From Trichoplax sp. H2 (taxonomy: Eukaryota), in contig NOWV01000216.1 in assembly GCA_003344405.1 (NCBI GenBank), forward strand, positions 62,001-115,283: a DNA stretch of 53,283 nucleotides, read 5' to 3'. Positions 1-12,236 of this stretch are shown one piece after another. A program made the translations under genes and the position numbers. How positions within the stretch are numbered: the stretch's first letter is position 1; each line of letters begins with the position of its first letter. The notes below the pieces were generated by a model, which saw only the letters and a program-made list of their open reading frames with translations, did no database searches and was not told where the DNA came from.

Positions 1-619
1 GATGATTCCATGATCGAGAATTGTTTTAGCAGAGAGCTAAGAAGAGGAATTGAAATATCTTTTTATGCTAATGTTACCTTTCAAAGGGTTATGAAATAGA
101 ATATCCTTCTCGATTTAAACCTGTATACTGCAGTACATTACCTTAGTTGAAGCAAACAATAGAGAAAAGAAAGAACTAAATTTCCTTATCACTGTGGCCT
201 ATGTACAGCACTAGGTTCAAGGAGATCTCGTTAACTTGACTACCAAAAATTAAAACGCTACTTATTGCAAAAGGCAAACAAATTCTTGGCATTGGTTATT
301 GTCAATTGCCAGATAAATAATGACAGAAAAGTGTGCCCTAAGTCAATATAATGACCAATATCTTGATGGACTAAGATCCATTCTGACAATTAAACGCTTT
401 AACATGGATATTTTGAAACTATAACTTCCACATAGGATTCACTTGCAGTAATTAATTATTAATTAGACTATATCAGAAAGATTAGATTTACACCAAGAGG
501 CATTGATTTATCTTACAACTTAGCATGGAAAGCATTAATTAAAGTATAGTATAAGATGTAGTTGCTAAGGAGGGCATTGTAGAAGAATTAGCTGTAACTG
601 TTATAATTTGCCTATGGCA

Positions 620-1180
620 CCAGATGATTTTGTTGTTTGGATACTCTCACAAAATTCATTATACCTACAAACAAAGACCTAAGGCCGATGAGCATTTAAT
701 GAAACTATTATATCATGCATTTCTCTAACGTTCATATTAGGATGGATTTTATGCCTATAAGATTGATGGGAATGTTTCGTTAACATTCCATTTATGTCGA
801 ATAAGGATTTATACGATATGGTCAGATATTAGCTGTAATCCTAAGTGAAGTCATCATCATTACTGCTACTTACCAAATTCTAAAATGGCATGGATCAGCA
901 TAATGATAAAGAGTATCATCAAAAATGTATTACCAGTATATTAGTTTATACCATTTAGCTCTCATCTTAGTTGGCTCTCTTCTTAGTCTTTTGCCTCACA
1001 AGAAATCGCATAAGAGTATCTGATATAGATTTCGCTAAAGCTTTTGGAGGCAAGGTGCATGTAACAAACTCATTTTCTGAGATTTACCGTATTTATTCCA
1101 ACTTGAAATAAGTCTGATTTACTAGCATATTAAACCCAGGATTTCTATCCTGTCAGTAAAACAAGTTTAAGGTTATGAAT
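620..1180 (+). mobile_element. Possible highly decayed non-LTR retrotransposon (LINE, CR1/L2-like) reverse transcriptase fragment
   Basis: 1028-1060 translates DFAKAFGGKVH (cf. LINE RT motif DFxKAFDxVxH). Weaker collinear echoes: APDDF (~617, cf. GPDxI) and FLSCQ*NKFKV (~1142, cf. FLSxRxQxV). Many stops and frame breaks; boundaries approximate. Confidence 0.3.
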
Positions 1181-1231
1181 TTAATATTTCAGCCAATAGT
1201 ACTGTTGCAATGACATTAAAGCATAGGATGA

Positions 1232-2629
1232 AAGCATTGCTGACGTCAAGAGAAGAAATGTAATTTCAATTTTAGCGTAAAAGTGTATTACACTTTTTCA
1301 TGCAACATCTATATTCTGGACTACTATCGCCTTTACTACCTTCATAGTAAGAAATGTCGATCTCGTGTAAATTGAGCGATGACAAAAGTTGCACTAACTA
1401 AACTAAGGTCTTCAGTCAAGTTGAAATTTCATAATTAGTAACTAAGATAGTGTCACGGTACGCCATTACTAATTAAGTAACTGTAAATTAATGAAAGCTT
1501 ATGAATAGATAAGATAAGGTTATGTACTATGTTTTAATGCGCTTGTAGCTGATAATAGGATGATAGAAATGAGATAAAAATAGAAGTTGTTAGCAGTTAA
1601 TTTACTGTAGGTTTATAAGGTGTGTTAATCTCTAAAAATTGAGCTGTATATGGACGAAGGTTAAGCGTCTTAACACCTGATAGCTTGTAGCTATCTAAGT
1701 CTGAGAATATCGACATGTATATTTAGTAATGGTATTATACTAATTAATGTAACTTGTAAAGCATGAATTCTCACTCGTTAATATTGGAATTCACTGTAGA
1801 AACCTATTTAAGCGCGTGAATTTGTAGAATAAAGTAAGTAATTGCTCAAGAAACGGCAAGACTCATATCGTGAAGAATAGTGTAATAATTACTCAGTTGT
1901 CTGTGGAGATCAGCCGAGAAAGCGAGTTCTCAAATACTTCTCTCATAGAAACTGAAAGTACTGGGAGAAATAGCCTAAGTTTTAAGCAACTACACTAGAG
2001 TTCTTTACTTTCCTTTGCCACAAGTGAGGGTTGTGACAGATAGTCAAAAATTACTTTTACCTGAAGACACAATATAGCATAATGTTCAAATTAAAGGCGT
2101 ATAAGTATAGCGTGATGAAGCTATTAAGCAGCGGTAAACATTCTAAATGTAAACATAGCGAAAGAATTACCAGTCTATTCCAAGTTAAAAGAAGTTCCTT
2201 GTAAAACTTAAATGGACNNNNNNNNNNNNNNNNNNNNAAGCATTGCTGACGTCAAGAGAAGAAATGTAATTTCAATTTTAGCGTAAAAGTGTATTACACT
2301 TTTCATGCAACATCTATATTCTGAACTACTATCGCCTTTACTACCTTTATAGTAAGAAATGTCGATCTCGTGTAAATTGAGCGATGACAAAAGTTGCACC
2401 AACTAAACTAAGGTCTTCAGTCACGTTGAAATTTCATAATTAGTAACTAAGATAGTCAAAAATAACTTTTACCTGAAGACACAATATAGCATAATGTTCA
2501 AATTAAAGGCGTATAAGTATAGCGTGATGAAGCTATTAAGCAGCGGTAAACATTCTAAATGTAAACATAGCGAAAGAATTACCAGTCTATTCCAAGTTAA
2601 AAGAAGTTCCTTGTAAAACTTAAATGGAC
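1232..2629. repeat. Gap-flanking near-identical duplication (1232-2217 vs 2238-2629), probable uncollapsed alleles
   Basis: The copies flank the 20-N gap 2218-2237 and differ by a few SNPs, a 1-bp indel and the 593-bp LTR+TSD. Confidence 0.8.
1451..2038 (+). mobile_element. Solo LTR A (588 bp), haplotype-polymorphic
   Basis: Termini TGTCAC...GTGACA (perfect 6-bp inverted repeat), 5-bp TSD GATAG (1446-1450 / 2039-2043), TATTTAA ~1805 then AATAAA 1828-1833. The empty site with a single GATAG is seen in the duplicate copy at 2451-2455. Confidence 0.9.
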
Positions 2630-3549
2630 CACTATGTCAATTGAAGTAAATTGATGTATGATAATGCTGGAAGAGACTCATCGAAAATCAAAAGCTACAT
2701 TTAAAGCAATCTACTCTTCAACTTAATATACTCGTTGCTATACAAAGCTATCTGATAACTCTAACGATAATTTTGTAATTCTGCCATCACGCCATAAAGA
2801 CTACTATATAAAGAATGAATGATATTATCTATTCATTAACTAATTAATTATTAACGAAACTAATAGTATGTATTACCATTAACTAAAAATAAATTATTTT
2901 ATGGAAAAAATCTTTATCACTAGCATCCGTGGTCAGTAATGATAGAAAAGTATGTCGGAATATCTGATACATTTAAAGATTGAACATGTACTTATCATAT
3001 ACAAAATAAATTTTATTCCTTAAATTAACGTATAAACAATCTACTACCGGTACTTCAATCTATGAGTGTGTTGGTTCTTAGTCCTTAACATAGCACCATG
3101 TTATATCAAAACGGAATTAGCCATTTATACCAATATTCTATGGCAAGTAAGCTTTGTTAATAAGCTAAATTGATATACGAATACTTTTACTGGTTGATTA
3201 TAATTTTTGAATAGAATATTTAAATTTAGGAATCCTAAATTCAAGATACCAACGGATATAATCTAATCAGAATTTCTCATCTTTTGGACTTACATAACTC
3301 TGGTTAAAGATATTTCAGTCTCATGAAGTAGAAATATTAAAATAAATGTAATCTTTAGACTTTGCAGAAAGTCATCGTTTCTTATTTCCTATAATAAAAT
3401 ATAACACTATAGTAACATTTAATGAGGATATCAACCAAAGCATTGTAATAAGTTATTTTTAGCACAAAAAATTTGTCAACAAGGCCATTAAAAGAGAAAT
3501 AGACTAATATGCGATTATGCTACAATCTCCATTAGTCGTTTTAGTCCCT

Positions 3550-4023
3550 TTAGTCATACATAGGTTGGGTTGTAGCTTGTGTTATAGCAATATTACAAGC
3601 AACGCCGCACAACAGCCATGATTGCCTGCCCCAAAATTGTACAGAATTCACTGGTTCACAAATGTCAGGATGAGATAACCCAGTTCACATATTACGTACA
3701 CCAACTTCAACCTAAAGGCAATCGGGATGGCCTAATTCTTCAACATTTGCCTTACCATCGCCATCACTATCCATTTGACATAAAGTGATTTTCCAGCTTC
3801 TACCAGTAGAGGCAAATCCGACACCAAAAGGAATTCTCAGATTACTATCGGCAGAGGCCTGATGGCCAACGCCAGCCCAAACGTTATTGGGATTAGAATT
3901 ACATAGATTTGGAACACTCATGCCATTAGAAATTTTATTTTGGAATGATCCATAGCCATAGGTATCGACTATAGGTATCGACCATAGCACAAGAAACGAC
4001 TAGCATAAGCAATTAGTTTTCAT
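3550..4023 (-). pseudogene. Temptin-like pseudogene (copy 1)
   Basis: From ATG 4023: MKTNCLC*SFLVLW...YGSFQNKISNGMSVPNLC...WAGVGHQ...PFGVGF...W...LCQMDSDGDGKANVEELGHPDCL*VEVGVRNM*TGLSHPDICEPVNS...QSWLLC. In-frame stops at 4000-4002, 3712-3714 and 3685-3687; a 13-bp tandem duplication (~3958-3983) disrupts the signal-peptide frame. Confidence 0.88.
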
Positions 4024-6176
4024 ATCTCGCTATGAATCGCAAATTGGGAATGAGTAAATGGAATGGAACATTCTGGTGAATTAATTTTACACCCCAAAAA
4101 TAAGAAAAATGATCACAATCAGTTGCACGACTTGATTATTTGTAAGTCAACTATAAATAGGTAATAAATCGTCGAAAAACTCAGAAAGAAATTGTATATT
4201 TACGCTGCTGATCTCGAAAATATTCTTTAGAAGAAGAACCTGATGTCCACTATTAAATAAATAGTAACCATGAAGTCCAAATGGCGTAAAATTGAATCAG
4301 AATAATGAATCAGTTGTGATTGTGAATCAGCACAAGATTTCTCACTCTAGTGATGCTAACCTCTGGATGTATAGAATAGATGCCTTCTATTGCATGATCA
4401 GTAAGGTTAAAATTAATATATTTACTACTGATTTTCATTGTATAGTACTTTTTATACATATTAACCTAATCAATTTTACCCGCTGAATCAGAGATGAAAT
4501 TACCTTCAACTCAACCTAATGCTAATCTCAATTCTAACCTGATAGCGAATTGTTCTTGACCAATAATTAGAGAATTTAAGGCATACAAAATGAGACTTGA
4601 ATGAACTAAATGAACCATTTTTACATCATCTTATATTGAAATAGTTATCAAAATGATTTGCATATGTAGTTTCGGAAAGATTAACTTATGTACAGAATTT
4701 ATTGTTTCAATTTGCTTGCTCTATGAACTTTGATATTATAGCTAATTCTGTACCTCATCTTTTAATATAATATATTAATAATAATATTACGACTATTTCT
4801 GTTCTATCTTTACAATACAGTAAATTAATAGTGTTCAAAAATTTATTTAATTGATTTAATATGCTGTTAAGCCTCATAAAGTGGTAACATTATATTTTGA
4901 CAAATACTATTCAATACTGCCTTAATACTAGGTAAAGTTAATTGACGTACGAAAACAATTCTATTTTGAGTTAAATTAGAGTACTGATTTACCTTTTAAA
5001 GCTACACTAAGTATGGCATCATCGATTTAGCTTTCGAGATGACCAATTCTTAAACACATGCTGTATTTATAACTTTAAATTGTCAAGGTTCAATCAATAA
5101 AATCTAATTTTATAGACTAGATATCTCTCTTTAATCAATACTATAAATATTGATTAAGAAACAATCAATCATGAAGGCTATTTCGGGCTTAAAGAACTAT
5201 CTATACTTGCAATACCGCTATTTAAATTCCTTCACAGTTCATTTATATTCGTATTGATACTTATTAAAAACCAGTCTGTGTCAAACCATAAGAATTTCAA
5301 ATAAATGTAGTAGTAAAACTAGTTATTGGGGTCCATAGGATGATCCATACCGAGTTAAACAGAGTGATATAGAGGGAAGTACAATCTAAATATTGATATC
5401 AATTACTTGGAGTATTTTAAATATGAATGTTGTGATTTTAAGTTTATACGATATTACATTATCTACAATATATAGAATATGTATAAAGTAATCCATGATA
5501 GAAATGTTGGTGTCAATAACCGTATACATTTTCTGGTATCTGTTTATGACATCAGCCCGAATTTTATTTTTCTTTCTTAAACCACGGCTCCATCAGATTA
5601 TAGTATTGTAATAGATGTTATATAATTATATAAGGGAGACTATAAGATATAAAGCAGTAAAATGTTCTGATATTGATTACTAGCTATGTAATATAGTGCT
5701 CTATAGAAATTATAGTTGAAAAATTGCATTAGTTCATGAATTCAAACTTTATTCACTAATCTGAAAGATAGTAATAGTGTAATAGATAGGATATTGTCGT
5801 ATAACAGAGTTTATACTTTATGAATCATAAAAATGCTGCAATATTAATACTCAAATAATTATTAAATTCCAAATATTTAATATTGTAATTACTTTTAATC
5901 TTGAAATCACTACGCATTGCTGACTTAAAAAGTCACATAAATAGAATAGATTATTGCAATGGATGGAACTGGATAAACCATTTCATCATTATTAATACTT
6001 CTCAACATCTAACGCTGAGCGTTTAGGTTTTTAAAGACAGGATCTGTATAAGAAATTTGGAGACTAGCAATTAAGGAAAATGGAAATAACAATCAATCTA
6101 TCGCTCATTCAAAAGTTCAGTATGTACTTTAAGGAAAGAGGTAGATAAGCATGAAATGGGCTTTCGTCCATTCATT

Positions 6177-7331
6177 TTACAATAGTATGTAATTTATAAT
6201 TGCTAATAGTATAAATATGCCGCAGTAAGGCCCAAATTGAACGACTCCATTCGTTGCAGTAGCACCAATGGGTGGGCTGGTGGTTAATTGAGGAGTTTTT
6301 TGAGTGCTAGCTTGACTAGTTGCATTGGTCTTAATTTGAGTATTGGCGTTAGTTATACCTGTAGTAGTTGTAATCATCGATTGCATCGTCGAATTTGTGA
6401 CGGGTTTAGTTGTAGATTGTGTTACAGGTGGCATTGTAGGTATGCTAGTAGATTTTGCTGTGGAATTTATGGCTTGTGTTGTAATGTTTGTTGCAGCCTC
6501 AGTCATTGCTTCAGTGCTTGCTTTTAGTGTAGCATCCGTTGCTACTTCAGTCATAGTTTCTGTCGAGGGCTTCGTATCTGCTTCTGTCATGGCTTCGGTT
6601 GCTACTTCAGTATTTGCTCCTGTTATGGTTTCTGTAGTCACTTCTGTATTTACTGTTGCATTTTCTGTTGTATTTGCTGTTGTATTTGCTGTTGTATTTG
6701 CTTCTGTACTTGCTTCTGTTGTAGCTTCCGTTACGGCTTCTGTTGTGGCTTCCATTGTGGCTCCTGTTGCTGCTTCCACTGCGGCTCCTGTTGTAGTTTC
6801 TGACATGATTTCTGTTGCAACTTCTGTTGCAGCCTCTGTTGTAGCTTCTGTGGTGGATTCAGTGGTGCCTGCAGTGGTGGCTTGAGTCGTTGACATAGTG
6901 GTTGGACATGTAGGATTACACGATAACCATGGCTGCTTATTACCACAACATGCAGGTGAGTTGATCGGCTCGCAAACTCCTGGATGAGATATCCCGGTTG
7001 TACTTGGTGGAGTAGATCCTTCAGTCCAGACACAATTTGGATCGCCAAGCTCTGCACCGTTGGTTTTACCGTCGCCATCGCTGTCCATTTGGCATAGCGT
7101 GGTGCTCCAAGTGCGACCAGTTTTAGCGAAATCGGTTCCAAATGGATTTCTAGCCCCAGCACCAGCCGTTGCTATATGGCCGATACCATACCATTTTGCG
7201 CTAGGATTACAGGGGTTAGGAACATTATTACTATTTGGTATCCTATCGAGATAATTATCATAGCTGCTAATAAACGTAAAATGGAAGGTACATAAGAATG
7301 TAACCGTAAAATAGAATTTTAAAACGATCAT
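6177..7331 (-). CDS. Temptin-domain mucin-like cell-surface glycoprotein (signal peptide, temptin domain, Thr/Glu/Ala-rich stalk, GPI-anchor-type C-terminus), 384 aa
   Basis: Hydrophobic N-terminus; temptin signature IPN...VPNPC...W.GIGH...RNPFG.DF...W...LCQMDSDGDGKTNGAELGDPNCVW...SHPG.C.P; ~215-aa T/E/A-rich region; terminal ATNG + spacer + hydrophobic GIFILLAIINYILL with no cytoplasmic tail. Single open exon. Confidence 0.9.
   Translation of the reverse strand: MIVLKFYFTVTFLCTFHFTFISSYDNYLDRIPNSNNVPNPCNPSAKWYGIGHIATAGAGARNPFGTDFAKTGRTWSTTLCQMDSDGDGKTNGAELGDPNCVWTEGSTPPSTTGISHPGVCEPINSPACCGNKQPWLSCNPTCPTTMSTTQATTAGTTESTTEATTEAATEVATEIMSETTTGAAVEAATGATMEATTEAVTEATTEASTEANTTANTTANTTENATVNTEVTTETITGANTEVATEAMTEADTKPSTETMTEVATDATLKASTEAMTEAATNITTQAINSTAKSTSIPTMPPVTQSTTKPVTNSTMQSMITTTTGITNANTQIKTNATSQASTQKTPQLTTSPPIGATATNGVVQFGPYCGIFILLAIINYILL
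6500..6890 (-). repeat. Degenerate 12-bp (4-aa) coding repeats TEAT/TEVA/NTTA in the mucin stalk
   Basis: For example ctgttgtatttg x3 at 6665-6700; protein periodicity ATEA/TTEA/NTTA. Confidence 0.8.
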
Positions 7332-7431
7332 TTTGAATAACGAAATGGTTACGAATGAAACTAATTCAATCTTTCCGTTATGCGGATAGATAAAAGCTAA
7401 CTAACGATAATAGAATATTATAGCAATGAAG

Positions 7432-7508
7432 AAAATGATGTTCGATTTGATTCACGTTCAAAAACTGCTTAAAATGACGTTCGATTTAAATCACGTTCTA
7501 AACTGTTT
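7432..7508. repeat. Imperfect ~39-bp tandem duplication upstream of temptin copy 2
   Basis: aaaatgatgttcgatttgattcacgttcaaaaactgctt / aaaatgacgttcgatttaaatcacgttctaaactgttt, 100-180 bp upstream of the ATG at 7331. Confidence 0.8.
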
Positions 7509-10317
7509 GAAATTGGAAATTCACACAATCAAAGGCCCGCATTTAATTCAGCTTTCTGGCTCACTGGCATACACTTAAACTAGCGGATGTAATAGTTCTA
7601 CCATTATATAAATAAATGAGTTTATTAACAATTGGTGACCTATTCAATGTATAATGACAACGCAAATACTACTCAAAATTACTATTCAAATAGGTTCCAG
7701 TGTTATTCTATTTTAGCAGGGCTTGTTGACTATTATCTGATAGGTAACCTATTGAAAGCTATCCAGTTGTTTACGCCCTACTGATTGACATTTCCGAGTT
7801 CGGCCTACCTCAGAATTCTTCAGTGATTCTAATATTAATACCACTAGCTTACTACTCCAGCTGGTACTGAATATAATTTACATAGATAGAAAAATGGTCA
7901 TAAGTGATCCTATGTAGGTACCCTGACTTAAGCAGGTACCTAATAGTAAATTATCCAAGAAAATAATTTAGTGCTGAGGTTTAAGGCAGGGACTACTCAA
8001 CAAAAATTTCCCATCATCTTACCGATACTCCTGTTTTTCCCCAATTACAGCCTTTCTTCGTACAAAATTATTTTCCTCTACGGCGTAAGATTTATTGAGT
8101 AAAATTGATAACTTTGGCTTGCTACGGCATTTGGTATCAGTTAGGAAAATTTTTGCTGAGTAGTTCTTGACCATACCATGATCACATGAATCCACAAAGC
8201 TAAACGTCACGCGGTTAATATAACAAATATCTTCAAGATATACATATATATATATGGGATAGTTTACTGCGATTGGACATACTAGTAAGTGGCCTCTGGT
8301 GATACAAAAACCCAGAGAAAGTCTCTCTAGTCTAGGCTTCAAGATAGATCTGGAAAAAGTTCTAAAACGTATCCATAAGTTGCAGACACGATTGAATACG
8401 CATATTTTCATTATTATAGCACTACTGATGATAAATACGTAATACTATTACAAGCATTTCTAGAATAATTAATTAATATAAATAGACCTTAAAGCAACAG
8501 ATATTCAAATGAAAATATACCGTACTATTATTGCATTTCTCTATCATGAATAGCATGCTGGTTGTTAACGTTTAAGACATTGGATTCGTGTTCAATGCTA
8601 TAATTTATTAAAATAATTACATGTCGAACCAGAATCTACTATGCTAAATAGAGAATGAAGCATGCAAAATTCTAGACATATAATCATCCAAGCAGATCAA
8701 ATGGATTGCATATCTTGACATCCTGTTACTTCTTTGGCACTGAAAATTATATTAACTACCTCCTATTATAATAATATTATGACACCCGATGAGTGCTATG
8801 ACAACACCATTTGTATTCGTGATTTTATATATTCTTTTTCAGTTCTTGCTATATCGCACCGTTCAAGATAACACACTACTTATAACGAGGGAAGAAACAT
8901 CAAGACGATAATCGTTTAACATACTTACGTTAAAGGTTATGTCTACTCTTGCCATACATTCCTACGAGAGCATTTACAGCATTTAAGAACTTGCATCCAA
9001 ATTTGGAGTTTTATGATATTACAAAATGGCAAGAATTTTTGAATGAAGATCATTCGGTTTAGTATTATACTCAAGTAAAAATGTCGCATGTGTTGAAATT
9101 TTTTCTATTACAGCTATTTATGCACGTATAAGTCTGCATATAATCTAATATACAGAGATGTATTTGGCAAGATAACTAACCATTAGATAATGTCAGAAAA
9201 GCAAAATCGTTGGTTATTGTTAAGCTTGTAGATAACGCAGTTTTACCAGTCACATAGTAAATTAAGGATATCTTAGTTTCTATTTACGCTGTTTGATGTT
9301 GAGGTCGTATCTAAAACTTAAGAATAGTACTACGAATCAAGATTAGATTAAAATTCAATCTCGTTATTCGTTTGTTTTATTATTTTTCCATTGACTCTGA
9401 TCATCATAACTCCGGTTTTAGTAAAAAACTGCCAGCACTACTGATAGTTCTTTCATATATTTAGAACAGATACGGTTAACATTGCAGTATAGTAAGTATT
9501 TCCTCATATATGCATCTTATTGACGTAGTTCTAATTTGTATATTTAAAATGCTAAAATACTACAGCTATAAATTAATCTACCATCCGCTGAATTTAAAGT
9601 ATCGAATCTACAATAGAATCTCAAGCAATCTTTATTCAGTGTTAGGAGAGCAAATGATATTTAGTTAGCGAAACTAACTGAATGCGACTAGACAACAAGA
9701 ACTGTTCCTAATAATCTATTTGTCAAGCATAAGTTGAAATAAAGCCAGCATTATGATATTACCTATATTCAAGCATTGTCTACACAGTTATTTCCTTCAT
9801 TAATTAAAATTGGGCTCCATGTATTATACTAAATAAATAAGGTATCTGATTGAGTCTAATAGCAACAATATTCATCACTGTAATGAAAGTTAAGGTCCTT
9901 CCATTGATGACTACTAGCCTAGCTAACATAATTAAATCATTTTGAAAAAGCTAATGTCGCAGTTTTCTATGATTGTACATCTTTTCCTTATTTTGCTGTT
10001 AGATTTCACGTAGTCATCACCGTTTGTATCCTAGCTGACCATCATCCAGTAAAACTTATAATTGGCATCCATAATTAAGGCTGTAATAAATTCTAAATCG
10101 ATAAACTTCATAAACATCTGTGCTAATGAGTTATCGTTTCATTTCATGGTTGTATTTAGTGTAGAGTAAATAACCATTGAACCATCACTACATAATAAAT
10201 ACAATCCGTTTTGATCATCCCAATTACCCTACTTGTTTTGCCATTAAGAAAGCACTATTCGGCACTATTTTGCTATATCTACGTCCTATCTTATCTGTAA
10301 AGTTGATCGAAGACTAC

Positions 10318-10810
10318 TGTTACGGAGCAAAGCACCGTACTTGCTAATTAAATAGAATTTGTTAGTATTTAGCTAATGGATCATATTGGTAAGTGATAAA
10401 TGAAATTAAGAATATTAAGAATGTCTAGATTGCTAGACAACAAAAGGCATAATTGTACTTTGCAATTAATTGGTAGACCCTATATAGATATTAATAATGG
10501 CGACACGTTAGCACCCGCTAAATCATGTAAATCTTATATTGTCAAGTTACTATGTGTGCACCACGAATTTAGTGGAAGAGTATAAAAGGACGAGCGAATG
10601 CTCACTTTCAGAGTTCCTTATTAGATCATGTAAGGGAAGGTACTCGGCTACTCTATTAATAAAAACTATACTAATCATGTAGAACAGTCTTATCCCTGTG
10701 TGACCTTAAGTAGTATAGAACTACCATACAGTAGATCTCCAGGTGTAGTGGAGCAAGGTATAAGTAATCTATTAGTTTAGTGTAGTAGTTCGCAACATAA
10801 GTTTGTGACA
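10318..10810 (+). mobile_element. Solo LTR B (493 bp)
   Basis: Termini TGTTAC...GTGACA, 5-bp TSD ACTAC (10313-10317 / 10811-10815), TATAAAA at 10581 followed by AATAAA 10658-10663. Confidence 0.85.
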
Positions 10811-12236
10811 ACTACATATAAAAGTGCGAGTTAACACTTCATTTGATAGAACAATCTGTTGACAAGAAGTCAGCTGGTAATAAAATAAAATTAACAAAAA
10901 TGATTCATCCTACACATATAATTTGTAAGTATTAAATGGTACAGCTAAAAGTCCGTACGTACAGTATATCACATAACGCGTATATCTTATTTTATGTAAA
11001 ACAATAGATATTTCTAGATGAATCCACATTTGTGATATTTCGCGTACTGTGTATATTTATACTTTCACTTTATATTGTCACTATTACTTCGCACTGAGTA
11101 TATTGCATGTATTTGACCTAATAATTTAGCTTATATCATTGTCTATTCAGCTCATTTGACCGCAGGTTTTTGCCCCAAATTTTAATTTTATTTAAATATT
11201 ATACCTGGCATTTACTTACGTGCTACGTTAAACGAAGAAATAAAGATAAATATTATTGCCTGGAAAGATGTTGGATGAAAAACAGATGTACTGGTAGCTA
11301 GCATCTTCTTTCTAGCTTAGTTGAAGAACTGTTTGTTTGATTTATTTAAGATCTGCTATCAGAAAGTATTGCCATTGCTACTCGAAAATTTTGCTTTAAC
11401 GTAAACGTGATCATTTTCCGTATCATTTTAAAATTCAGCCACATATCAGTTTAGCATGAAAAGGTATTTTAAATTTACCAGCACGTGACTTCAATATTAA
11501 ATTTAATCCAAATTTAGCAGTAATTTAATCTACGCAATAGAACCATTGAAGCCAAGAGTTTGAGTCTACTTATTTATCAAACGATGTCTAAATTCAAATC
11601 ACCAGTTTTTCAGACATGAAATCTACTGGTGCTGCCAATCAGTAGAAAAGTAATGATTGGTTACTAGAGATACCGAAAAGTGATATGCTGAGATATTTTT
11701 ATAGTAGTTTTTTTAAATTTTGATACAATATAACTCAAATTTTAATCTGGAAGTTAATAATCCTAATTTGCAGTAAGAAGTTAAAATAAGTATTTTTTTA
11801 TATCCCTTAAATTATAATCTACAATTAGAATGAATATAAGTTTAGCATTAAGAAGGAAAACTACGTCAATTAAGTTCATCGTACATCTTTATATATTTTT
11901 AATAGTATTATTACCATTATGTATGTTTTTTAAGTATATTCTGTACAATAATTTCGTTAATAGACTGCAATACTGTTCATAAGCTACATAATACGGCCTA
12001 CAGTAGTTTCATAAGAAATAGCTACCTGATTAATGATAAAATTTTAAATTAAGATTAGTTAACATAATATTAAGCCAACATTGAACGAAATCATCACTTG
12101 ATGCTTAAATATTCGTGTACATCCATATTTCTTTACATCAAGTGACGTACATTTGTAAGAGGATTGCCTGAATGATCTACGCTCAAATTCGGAACTTTAG
12201 TCATTAATTAAAGCCACTTTACACGGTGTTTATAAT

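Noticed and set aside
6288..7254. ORFs 6288-6527 (+), 6343-6885 (+, Val/Ala/Ser-rich), 7060-7254 (+) and 6731-7162 (-, Gln-rich)
   Set aside because: Antisense or alternate-frame shadows of the repetitive temptin-mucin CDS.
8019..9062. 130-aa ORF 8019-8411 (-) and coding-looking plus-strand patches at 8620-9062
   Set aside because: No recognisable domain or consistent splice structure could be established by eye.
9880..10100. Minus-strand peptide ALIMDANYKFYWMMV resembling a DOMON start or a Harbinger transposase motif
   Set aside because: A single short motif surrounded by stops; no convincing continuation.
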